This document shows positions 1 through 10,657 of a stretch of 64,000 bases of DNA, in pieces. Position 1 is the stretch's first letter; every line of letters starts with the position of its first letter. Where the stretch lies: positions 42,594,001 to 42,658,000 of the forward strand of contig NC_043015.1 in assembly GCF_006345805.1 (NCBI RefSeq). The letters are read 5' to 3'. A program made the position numbers and the translations under genes. The notes under the pieces are model-generated. The model worked only from the letters and a program-made list of their open reading frames with translations. It did not search any database and was not told the DNA's origin. This DNA comes from Octopus sinensis. Lineage: Eukaryota.

Positions 1-350
1 AATGTTGCTCCAGTTATTTCTGTAAGTTGTTTTCGGTGTGTTTTTACAAAATCTTATAATGTCACCCATGTCTGTTGGATTACACTTTTTCATGATTTTT
101 TCACAAAGTCATACTTGTTCCCTCTGACTGTGTTCGTTTTGCTGATGGACTCGTTATCAGAGTTTTCAGCTGAGGGTAAGTCTTCTGTGTTTATATCTTT
201 GCACGTTAGCTGTTTAAGCATTGTTTTTTGTTGGTCTGTTTCAAGTTTATCCGCGCATACTACCCATCTGATTTCTTTGTTGTTATTTAGGTATTTGCAA
301 AATCCGTGCGGCGTAAATATTTTCATAGTTTATGGACTCTTCTATTTTCA

Positions 351-1079
351 TTATGTTTTGCTTGTAACTGTTCTTGTTTTTTTATGTGCCAAAACGCACT
401 TTGCGATTAAGTGGTCTGGGCTGCCACAGCTGTAACATCGTGGTTTTTTACCTTCTGCTACAACATATAGGCTTTGCCCATTCTCTAAAAGAATCTTATC
501 AGGTAGTTTCTCGATAGAGGACCCATCGATTTGAAGGGTCACCTCTATCGATTTACCACTCCAATTGTCATTTTTGAACACGGCGATTTCTAAAATATTT
601 ATTGTTTTTAGGTGATAACATATCGCCGATGTTATCCATTTGGGTGGTATATCTGTTGGGACATTTTTAATTCTAATTTTGCTCACTCTTTGTCCTTTGT
701 AATACTGAATCATGATGATTTCATCACTTTGTAAAGTCTCTGTAGAGTGAGCTTTTGCCACTTCCTGGTTAGGGAAGTGGACCACCACTGTATTAAACTG
801 GGGACCCCAGTATAATTTTATATATAATCGTGTGTTTGCTTTTGTTTCATTGTGTTGTGGTGTATGCAATACCAGATCCTGTCCTGAGGTTGTGAAGAGT
901 GCTCTCGTTTCTATTAACTCTTCATTTGTGAACTTTATAATTTCTTTTTTCTGACGCAGGGTGTCAGCGAAATTCAGTTCTACTCTGGCAGTTGTTGTTA
1001 CCGCAGCAAAATTAGTGTTAGTTGGTGTAGTGTTGGTAGCATTTCCAAGGAACGTTAATTTTGTTTTATTAATATTCAC
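351..1079 (-). pseudogene. ORF1-like type-A copy 1, open for 242 codons, RRM-like + intact CCHC knuckle
   Basis: ORF track 351..1079 ends RCYSCGSPDHLIAKC. It is in the same frame as the upstream ORF 1125..1373, separated by a TAA. Confidence 0.6.
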
Positions 1080-1497
1080 CAGTAATAGGTGAGATATTAA
1101 AATCTTGTGAAATAGCAGGCATATTTATATCAATATCACTGATGTTGTTGTTGTGGCAGTGGAGGTGGTAGTTTTGGTGGTGTTGGTGATGACAGGGCTA
1201 TCAAGAGTTGTGGAAATATCTTTGTGGTCGACAGCAATTTCTTTTTCAAACCTTGTTTTCGACTTTACATTATCAAGCAATTCGTCTCTTCTTCTTTCTG
1301 TCATTCCTAGGCTGGGAAAATCTTCGTCAGAGAATAGTGTTGACCACTGCTCAACAATCAAATTTCTCGACATTTTTAATATCGAGAAATAAAGTTTAAT
1401 ATTAAAAAAGTGATGAAAATGCCCCTAGGGTCGAATTCCACACTGAAAATACCCGTAAAAATACGGGTTTGGTGGTATTGGTAGCAAAGGTTGTTTT

Positions 1498-1989
1498 CTA
1501 TTTGTTTTGTGTTTTGCTTGTAACTGTTCTTGTTTTTTTATGTGCCAAAACGCACTTTGCGATTAAAAGTTCTGGGCTTCCACAGTTGTAGCATCTTGGC
1601 TTTTTGCCTTCTGCTACCACATATAGTCTTTGCCCATTCTCTAAAAGAATCTTATCAGGAAGTTTCTCTATAGAGGACCCATCAATCTGGATGCTGACTT
1701 CTATCGATTTACCACCCCAATTGTCGTTTTTGTATACGGCAATCTCTAATATGTTTATCGTTTTCAAATGGTAACATATCGCTCCTGTTATCCATTTGTT
1801 AGGTATCTCAGGTGGTACATTTTTTATTTTAATTTTACTGACTCTTTGGTTTCTGTAATAAGGAATCATTATTAGTTCATCGTTTTGTAAATTTTCTGTT
1901 GAGTGGGCTTTTGCTTCTTCCTGATTATGGAAGTGGACCACCACTGTATTAAACTGGGGACCCCAGTTTATGGACTCTTCTATTTTCAT
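1498..1989 (-). pseudogene. ORF1-like type-B copy (163 aa, CYNCGSPELLIAKC, His of knuckle lost)
   Basis: ORF track. Paralogous to type A over WGPQFNTVVVHF...KKTRTVTSKT. A second copy lies at 3130..3621. Confidence 0.55.
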
Positions 1990-2015
1990 TATGTTTTGCT
2001 TGTAACTGTTCTGGT

Positions 2016-3005
2016 TTATTTATGTGCCAAAACGCGATTAAGTGGTCTGGGCTGCCACGGCTGTAACATCGTGGTTTTTTTACCTTCTGCTACAACATAT
2101 AGGCTTTGCCCATTTTCAAAGTATATGATAATGAGCAAGTTCTCGATAGAGGACCCATCGATTTGAAGGGTCACCTTTATCGATTTACCACTCCAATTAT
2201 CGTTTTTAACAATGGCGATTTCCAATATGTTTATTGTGTTTAGGTGATAACATATCGCCGATGTTATCCATTTGGGTGGTATATCTGTTGGGACATTTTT
2301 AATTCTAATTTTGCTCACTCTTTGTCCTTTGTAATACTGAATCATGATGATTTCATCACTTTGTAAAGTCTCTGTAGAGTGAGCTTTTGCCACTTCCTGG
2401 TTAGGGAAGTGGACCACCACTGTATTAAACTGGGGACCCCAGTATAATTTTATATATAATCGTGTGTTTGCTTTTGTTTCATTGTGTTGTGGTGTATGCA
2501 ATACCAGATCCTGTCCTGAGGTTGTGAAGAGTGCTCTCGTTTCTATTAACTCTTCATTTGTGAACTTTATAATTTCTTTTTTCTGACGCAGGGTGTCAGC
2601 GAAATTCAGTTCTATTCTGGCAGTTGTTGTTACCGCAGCAAAATTAGTGTTAGTTGGTGTAGTGTTGGTAGCATTTCCAGGGAACGTTAATTTTGTTTTA
2701 TTAATATTCACCAGTAATAGGTGAGATATTAAAATCTTGTGAAATAGCAGGCACATTTATATCAATATCACTGATGTTGTTGTTGTGGCAGTGGAGGTGG
2801 TAGTTTTGGTGGTGTTGGTGATGACAGGGCTATCAAGAGTTGTGGAAATATCTTTGTGGTCGACAGCAATTTCTTTTTCAAACCTTGTTTTCGACTTTAC
2901 GTTATCCGGCAATTCATGTCTTCTTCTTTCTGTCATTCCTAGGCTGGGAAAATCTTCGTCAGAGAATAGTGTTGACCACTGCTCAACAATCAAATTTCTC
3001 GACAT
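2016..3005 (-). pseudogene. ORF1-like type-A copy 2 (in-frame stop at 2757-2759; frameshift just before the zinc knuckle)
   Basis: ORFs 2757..3005 and 2016..2756 are in the same frame. The C-terminus shifts to EGKKTTMLQPW. Confidence 0.6.
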
Positions 3006-3129
3006 TTTTAATATCGAGAAATAAAGTTTAATATTAAAAAAGTGATGAAAATGCCCCTAGGGTCGAATTCCACACTGAAAATACCCGTAAAAATACGGGT
3101 TTGGTGGTATTGGTAGCAAAGGTTGTTTT

Positions 3130-3621
3130 CTATTTGTTTTGTGTTTTGCTTGTAACTGTTCTTGTTTTTTTATGTGCCAAAACGCACTTTGCGATTAAAA
3201 GTTCTGGGCTTCCACAGTTGTAGCATCTTGGCTTTTTGCCTTCTGCTACCACATATAGGCTTTGCCCATTCTCTAAAAGAATCTTATCAGGAAGTTTCTC
3301 TATAGAGGACCCATCAATCTGGATGCTGACTTCTATCGATTTACCACCCCAATTGTCGTTTTTGTATACGGCAATCTCTAATATGTTTATCGTTTTCAAA
3401 TGGTAACATATCGCTCCTGTTATCCATTTGTTAGGTATCTCAGGTGGTACATTTTTTATTTTAATTTTACTGACTCTTTGGTTTCTGTAATAAGGAATCA
3501 TTATTAGTTCATCGTTTTGTAAATTTTCTGTTGAGTGGGCTTTTGCTTCTTCCTGATTATGGAAGTGGACCACCACTGTATTAAACTGGGGACCCCAGTT
3601 TATGGACTCTTCTATTTTCAT
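3130..3621 (-). pseudogene. ORF1-like type-B copy 2 (163 aa)
   Basis: ORF track; almost identical to 1498..1989. Confidence 0.55.
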
Positions 3622-4671
3622 TATGTTTTGCTTGTAACTGTTCTGGTTTTATTATGTGTCAAAACGCACTTTGCGATTAAGTGGTCTGGGCTGCCACAGC
3701 TGTAACATCGTGGTTTTTTTACCTTCTGCTACAACATATAGGCTTTGCCCATTTTCCAAGTATATGATATTGGGTAAGTTCTCGATAGAGGACCCATCGA
3801 TTTGAAGGGTCACCTCTATCGATTTACCACTCCAATTATCGTTTTTAACAATGGCGATTTCCAATATGTTTATTGTTTTTAGGTGATAACATATCGCCGA
3901 TGTTATCCATTTGGGTGGTATATCTATTGGGACATTTTTAATTCTAATTTTGCTCACTCTTTGTCCTTTGTAATACGGAATCATGATGATTTCATCATTT
4001 TGTAAAGTCCCTGTAGAGTGAGCTTTTGCCACTTCCTGGTTAGGGAAGTGGACCACCACTGTATTAAACTGGGAACCCCAGTATAATTTTATATATAATC
4101 GTTGTTTTTCCTTTTGCTTCCTTAATGTGTTGTGGTGTATGCAATACCAGATCCTGTCCTGAGGTTGTGAAGAGTGATCTTGTTTCTATTAACTCTTCAT
4201 TTGTGAACTGTATAATTTCTTTTTTCTGATGCAGGGTGTCAGCGAAATTAACAGAAGGTCTCTTCTAACTGTTGTTGTTACCGCAGCAAAATATTAGTGT
4301 TAGTTGGTGTAGTGTTGGTAGCATTTCCAGGGAACGTTAATTTTGTTTTATTAATATTCACCAGTAATAGGTGAGATATTCAAATCTTGCGAAATAGCAG
4401 GCACATTTATATCAATATCACTGATGTTGTTGTTGTTGTTAATGATTGTTGTGGCAGTGGAGGTGGTAGTTTTGGTGGTGTTGGTGATGACAGGGCTATC
4501 AAGAGTTGTGGAAATATCTTTGTGGTCGACAGCAATTTCTTTTTCAAACCTTGTTTTCAACTTTACGTTATCCAGCAATTCATGTCTTCTTCTTTCTGTC
4601 ATTCCTAGGCTGGGAAAATCTTCGTCAGAGAATAGTGTTGACCACTGCTCAACAATCAAATTTCTCGACAT
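3610..4671 (-). pseudogene. ORF1-like type-A copy 3 (several frameshifts)
   Basis: ORFs 4351..4671 (MSRNLIVEQW...) and 3652..4059, joined by homologous but frameshifted sequence. Confidence 0.6.
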
Positions 4672-5494
4672 TTTTAATATCGAGAAATAAAATTTAATAT
4701 TAAAAAGGTGAAGAAAATGCCCCTAGGGTCGAATTCCACACTTAGAAATACCCAAACAAAAGTTGGGCGCTTCAAAACTTCGAAAGCAAAAAAATGTAAA
4801 CAAAAAGCCACATGTTGTGGTGTGTGCAGTATCAGATTTTGTCCAGAAGTTGTGAAGAGTGACCGCTTATACATTAGACGAAACATGTAAAAAATAGGGA
4901 GAAGCAAAAATTTTGATATGAAAACTGGGCTGAAATTGCCCCTAGGGGCAAATTCCCCCTTGGAAAACACACCCAGACGAAAGCTGGGTTTCTTACACAC
5001 GTCGTGTGCGAAAATTTGAAACAAAACTTTTACAATAAACAATAAAACAGGCGATTTCTATCGATTTACCACCCCAATTGTCGTTTTTGTATACGGCAAT
5101 CTCTAAAATATTTATAGTTTTCAAATGGTAACAGATCGCTCAGGTATCTCAGGTGGTACATTTTTAATGCTAATTTTACTCACTCTCTGGCCTTTGTGAT
5201 ATGGGATCATGATGATTTCATCATTTTGCAAAGACTCCGTAGAGTGAGCTTTTGCCACTTCCTGGTTAGGGAAGTGGACCACCACTGTATTAAACTGGGG
5301 ACCCCAGTGTAATTTTATATATAATCGTTTTGTTTTCTATTGCTTCCTTAATCTGTTGTGGTGTATCTAATACCAGATCCTGTCCTGAGGTTGTGAAGAG
5401 TGCTCTCGTTTCTATTAACTCTTCATTTGTGAACTTTATAATTTCTTTTTTCTGATGCAGGGTGTCAGCGAAATTTACTGTTATATTCTGGCAG

Positions 5495-6269
5495 TTTTTA
5501 CAGAGTTCGTTCAACTGAATTTTCATATTTTCAGCCAGTTCTTCAATCCTTCGGGTTATTGTATTACGCGACAACCTAACACATTTTATAGCTTTCTCTT
5601 TCTCTGACCCAGAAATTCAATCGCCGAGCTGATTCATTTGTTGATAAAGCCTCCTTCCGAAAAAGGTTTCGTGCAATCTTTTCAGCAATGACAAAACTTA
5701 CTTTATCATCTATTTTCCCAAAAATATTCTGTTGCGAGACTAAATTCCTTGGATGAACAAAATTTGAAATTTATTGTGGAAAAGAAACTACTGTAATTTG
5801 CTCATCAGTATAAGAAGGTGTCCATATCAAAAGTTGTGCCTGAGTAAATTTGAAATTAAATCACCTTAAATGCCAGTTTTATAGAATTATTCATTCATCC
5901 ACCGAGAATCGGTCTTCAAGCACAAAATCTAATGAAATTCTTAGGCGGTGATTTTCCCCATTGATTGAGCGATGTGATTGGCTGCTGGCTTGACTTTACA
6001 GTTTTCAGCCACGGAAAATTGGTATTCGTCCACAACATGGTCAGCAGCTGACTCAGCATGCTTAAAACTATCTCTGTCGCAGATAAATCACGTCTCATAA
6101 TGACGTATGGAGAAGACCTGCGTGTAGCACACTTCCTTGACATAAAGGGGATACTTTAATGTGATTTTTTGTAATTTGTTTTGCAGATACCCATAAATTG
6201 AAGACCGACTAGCGGGCCATATTCTAAGGCTTCGTGGGCTGGATCCAGCCCGGACGTTGGGCAGCACTG
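5495..6269 (-). mobile_element. hAT (Charlie/SPIN/Buster-like) transposon remnant with a terminal-like end
   Basis: SRNTITRRIEELAENMKIQL matches hAT/GTF2IRD2-type transposase. The minus strand at 6269 starts CAGTGCTGCCCAACGTCCGGGC, resembling hAT-Charlie termini. Confidence 0.6.
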
Positions 6270-7194
6270 GTATAAAGCATGTTGTGTATTTTTACTAGTA
6301 AAAGGACCACGACCAGATGGAGTTTGATCTTCCAATCCATTGCTCTCTGAGGGGCCCCTGTTGGGTGCAGGAGATCCAGCATTTTGGACATGGAGGTCAG
6401 GTCCTCCTATTGATGCTGTTATTTGCGTTGGTATTAGTTATCATTATTGCAAAGAATGAGAAGGATTTTGTACAGGCTTTTCACCTTGAGGATGTTTTGA
6501 GATTTTCATGTTAAGAGTCACCCCAAATATAATGCCATCTCTAACATGGTTACCAGCCAAGATTTGAGGGATGCCAAGTTCCACCTGTGTAACTTTTCAC
6601 AGGACTCCCACAGATGCTGACGTTACACTGGCCTCTGTAGAGCATGTGTAGCACCAATTCCCTGAGCTGTTCATATGGACAGCCAAATGCAGAAGGACAT
6701 TATTTGATGTGTCCTTTCTCTATTGATGCTAGGTGCAATTTGAAAGTGATGTAACTGCTCTTTCATGCCAAATAAGTTCTCAGAGAATCTATTGATGACG
6801 TCTAATCTTCTTTGGTTAATGTTCATACCGATATTCATATGCTGAGCTTATCTACGAAAGAACAATCATCATCATTGCATTTCGGAAAAAATGATTTGAT
6901 AAGTTGCCATTTTGTCTTAGTTTATAGTTTCCATTGTGATAACAGGATCTATCGTATTTGAAGTCGAATCTTCGGCCTAGAAACTTTGGATAATATGAAT
7001 CGAAGTTATATTTTCCCCTAACCATATAGTTTGATTGTGGTAACAAGATCTACCATATTCAAAGTCAAATCTCCTGTTTGGACACTCTGGATAAGAAGAG
7101 TCAAAATATCATACTTATGCCTATATAGATATATAATAGACTATTTATGTTAAAGCAATGGGCATATTTGTATGAATATGCTGTAAGTTTTGAA

Positions 7195-7620
7195 GTTTTT
7201 ACAGTTTGTTCAACTGAATTTTCGTATTTTCAGCCAGTTCTTCAATCCTTCGGGTTATTGTATTACGCGACAACCTAACACATTTTATAGCTTTCTATTT
7301 CTCTGGGCACAGAATTTCAATCGCCGAGCTGATACATTTGTTGATAAAGCCTCCTTCCGAAAAAGGTTTCATGTTTTGTGCAATCTTTTCAGCAATGACA
7401 AAACTTACTTTATCATCTATTTTCCCAAAAATATTCTGTTGCGAGACTAAATTCCTTTGAAGTAAAAATACTTGATCTCCTTCATAACGATTATGGGTCG
7501 AAGTGTGCTTTAACGTGTAATGCCGTTTCACATTTTCAACTTTTGGAACTGCGACTGTTTCACCACAGATCAGACAGAGACATTTTGCATTTGATTCCAC
7601 AAAGAAATATAAATTTGTCC
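7195..7620 (-). mobile_element. hAT (SPIN/GTF2IRD2/EPM2AIP1-like) transposase N-terminal fragment with BED-like zinc finger
   Basis: ORF 7295..7600 reads KCLCLICGETVAVPKVENVKRHYTLKH...IAEKIAQNMKPFSEGGFINKC...ILCPEK, then is frameshifted into SRNTITRRIEEL. Confidence 0.75.
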
Positions 7621-8009
7621 ATGCCTTCTTTGGTTAATGTTCATACCGATATTCATATGCTGAGCTTATATCTACGAAAGAACATTACCTCTCAGGAACA
7701 ATTATCATCATTGCAATTCGGAAAAAATGATTTGATAGGTTGCCATTTTGTCTTAGTTTATAGTTTCCATGGTGATAACAGGATCTATCGTATTTGAAGA
7801 CACTTTGGATAATATGAATCAAAGTTATACTTTCCCCTAACCATATAGTTCGATTGTGGTAACAAGATCTACCATATTCAAAGTCAAATCTCCTGTTTGG
7901 ACACTCTGGATAAGAAGAGTCAAAATATCATACTTATGCCTATATAGATATATAATAGACTATTTATGTTAAAGCAATGGGCATGCTTGTATGAATATGC
8001 CACACCTAC

Positions 8010-8620
8010 TTTGTTTCCTTAGATGGTGCCAATTTTGTTCCATTTCCCAAGCATCACAGTAAATTTTTTCTTTTCATTTCCAATTCTTATTTTAACTGAT
8101 TTTTCATTAACATGTGTCACTGTTGTGTCATACGGCAAATCACACGTGAACGGGGTTCGTTCTGCATTTCTTTGATAATAAGATTCTGAAAGTTTGTCAA
8201 ATTTTCTTCGTAACCTTCAGGAAGTCTTTGCACAATTGTTGTTCTATGTTGTACACTTAAGTCATAATGGTTCATAAAATGATAGCACCTGTTCAACGAA
8301 GCTTTAAAGCCCACACTATCAGCTCCACATTTGGTCTTAAATAACTGACCAGCACTTAATCTTATCTCGGTGGTGCTTACACCAAAACCCTCATTGTGTT
8401 CGCCACATATCCAGTGATAAAGTTCAATCTCTAACTCGGGGTATTTTGAGGATGTACCCTTATTGGCATGTTTATTACTAGGCACAGTTTAAAGTTTGTC
8501 CTACTGTTTATGTCAATTTCCAGCACTGGCTTCGTTAATGTTAAAATGCCTTCAGGCAGCTCTATTATTGCTGTGTTCAAATGCATATTCAACAATAATT
8601 AAATTCTACGTCAAATTAAA
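8010..8620 (-). mobile_element. pogo/Tigger (POGK-like) transposase fragment: Brinker-like HTH + CENP-B HTH
   Basis: ORF 8117..8485 reads YPELEIELYHWI...VSTTEIRL...FKAS...FMNHYDLSVQHRTT.VQRLP. Upstream degenerate EYAFEHSNNRAA; internally deleted. Confidence 0.75.
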
Positions 8621-8672
8621 CGATTCATAAGTTCTGCTTATATTGACCACATATTTTTTTTCCCCCTTTGGA

Positions 8673-8885
8673 AATTTATAATCACAAGATTCCATTATAA
8701 TCTGAAAAACGTTTCAAAAATTTTGGGGGAATATTTTCGAAGAACTTTTTAAAAATTTGGGGGGGTAAAATTTTCAAAAAAATTTTCTAAAATTTTGGGG
8801 AAAATTTTCGAAAAACTTTTCAAAACTATTTGGGGGAAAATTTTCAAAAAATTTATAATCGCAACAGATTCCATTATAATCTGAA
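8673..8885. repeat. Short tandem array of (T/G-rich)GGGGAAAATTTTC(G)AAAA units bounded by a ~33-bp direct repeat
   Basis: About 4-5 imperfect units. AATTTATAATC..AGATTCCATTATAATCTGAA occurs at ~8673 and ~8850. Confidence 0.6.
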
Positions 8886-10199
8886 CCTACACTATATCTG
8901 CACCATCTGAAGTGTACTTGTAGAAAGTTTCATTAAGAAATATCCGCGTTTCCGAGAGTTATGAGGAAAGAAATTCGTTGGAGCACGTGTGTGTAGATAT
9001 GCCTCAGCTAACTCTGACCAGTCACTGTATATCGAGATATACATACACCAATGCGCTCCACCAAATTTGTTTTGTCATAACTTCCACCGAAATGGATATT
9101 TTTCAATGAAATTTCCAACAATGTTGTACACACTGACCATTCTGAGAATCTTTAGTCCACATATACTGATTTGCTCTTATTTTTTTTTTTTGTCTTTTCC
9201 TTGTTTATTAATGTTCTTAGCCCCTTCTTTGTTCATTAATTCTTCTCACATGATCTCTGTACTAATTACTCATCCTTTAATCATACTTTTATTTACTTCT
9301 TGTATATTTACTTCCCGGTATAAGCAAAAAAAAAACAATGTCTGGAAGATGCACAATGTAAGAGTGCACTTTTGATGCAGATCTGATGAAGTGCCACTCT
9401 GTCTAAAACTGCAAATGTTACATAAAGTTTTGTGTAAACTGCTGTTACAAGCAGAATTGGTGCAGAAACAATTGTAATGAATCATTAAAGATGTGTTAAA
9501 ATATTTTCTTTGTTTTCTTATTTTTTTTGGATTATAATTCACTCTTCACTTCACCCACACAACAGTTTTACCATTGTGAAACCAGGATTTTCTACTCTTG
9601 AAGAATGTTAGTATTAGTCTGGAATCCAAGATTGTTGATAACCCAGAACTTCAGTTGAGTACTGCATTGGAAATACCCTGCCAGGAACTAAGATAGATAT
9701 ATATATATACATACATACACATATATACATGTACATACATATACATACATATATATATATATATACATACATATATATATACATACATAGATACACTATT
9801 AAAATCAAACTGCACTCTTCAAAACTTGCACTAAGAATAAGTACAAGGTAAAAATTTTTAAAAAACTATTATTTATGGGATAACCCAATATTTATGAGTC
9901 AGTGGGTTAAGCGTTTCCATTGAGGCAAGTTTTTGCAGATTCCTGCCATTTTCAGGAGAACTGATATATAGCGGAGCCCATGCCGATCCAAGCTGAATTA
10001 TCAAAATGGACAAACAACCACCACCAACAGAAATTGTAATGTTTCTTGCTTTGATTCACTGTACCACTTTACAAAAGAATAAAGTCCTAATATTATTTTG
10101 ATTTTTCCAGTTTCAGCTCATGAGCTGTGGCCATGCTGGGGCACCGCCATTAAAAAATCTGCCCCATATCTAAAATGATTCGTTATCAGCTCTTACTAG

Positions 10200-10555
10200 A
10201 AAAAAAATTTGTCTTTGTGGCATTTTTATCAAAAAAAATTTTTGGAAAGGATGCAACAGCTCATGTTGCTTCCCCTGCAAAGACTTTGTTTTTTGTTGTT
10301 TCTTTGTGGCATTTTATCAGAAAAAATGTTGGAAAGGATGCAACAGGTCGTGTTGCTTTCCTTGCAAAGACTTTGTTTTTTGTTGTTTCTTTGTGGCATT
10401 TTATCGGAAAAAATGTTGGAAAGGACGTAACAGGTCGTGTTGCTTCCCTTGCAAAGACTTTGTTTTTGGTGTTTCTTTGTGGCATTTTTATAAAAAAAAT
10501 GTCCGAAGGGATGCAACAGCTCATGTTGCTTCCCTTGCAAAGACTTTTTTGTTGT
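10200..10555. repeat. Minisatellite, ~87-bp unit x4
   Basis: CTTTGTGGCATTTT recurs near 10214, 10301, 10389 and 10475, each followed by GGAAAGGA(T/C)G(C/T)AACAG..GTTGCTTCCC.TGCAAAGACTTT. Confidence 0.85.
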
Positions 10556-10657
10556 CTGCCGCTGCTTGCTCGTCTCATGCTAATTCTGACGATAAAAGTC
10601 TGAAGCCTACGATGTCATGTAGTTAATACCAATTTTACAGAACAATCTTATGAAAAA

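Larger units (their letters stand above)
90..5490 (-). mobile_element. Tandem array of degenerate non-LTR retrotransposon ORF1/gag-like units (RRM-like core + CX2CX4HX4C zinc knuckle), period 1632 bp
   Basis: Near-identical ORFs recur at a 1632-bp offset (1125/2757, 1498/3130). The C-termini read EGKKPRCYSCGSPDHLIAKC (CCHC knuckle, typical of L1/Tx1-type ORF1p). There are frameshifts and in-frame stops. No RT or endonuclease is visible inside the array. Confidence 0.75.

Noticed and set aside
90-326. Separate 78-aa gene
   Set aside because: It is the frameshifted low-complexity continuation of the ORF1-like unit, which runs off the window edge.
6300-6800. GC-balanced stretch that might be an old LINE or coding fragment
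   Set aside because: Stops in all frames and no motif I can recognise.
9330-9440. Possible piggyBac Cys-rich C-terminal remnant
   Set aside because: The Cys spacing is only suggestive and needs several frameshifts; not supportable by eye.
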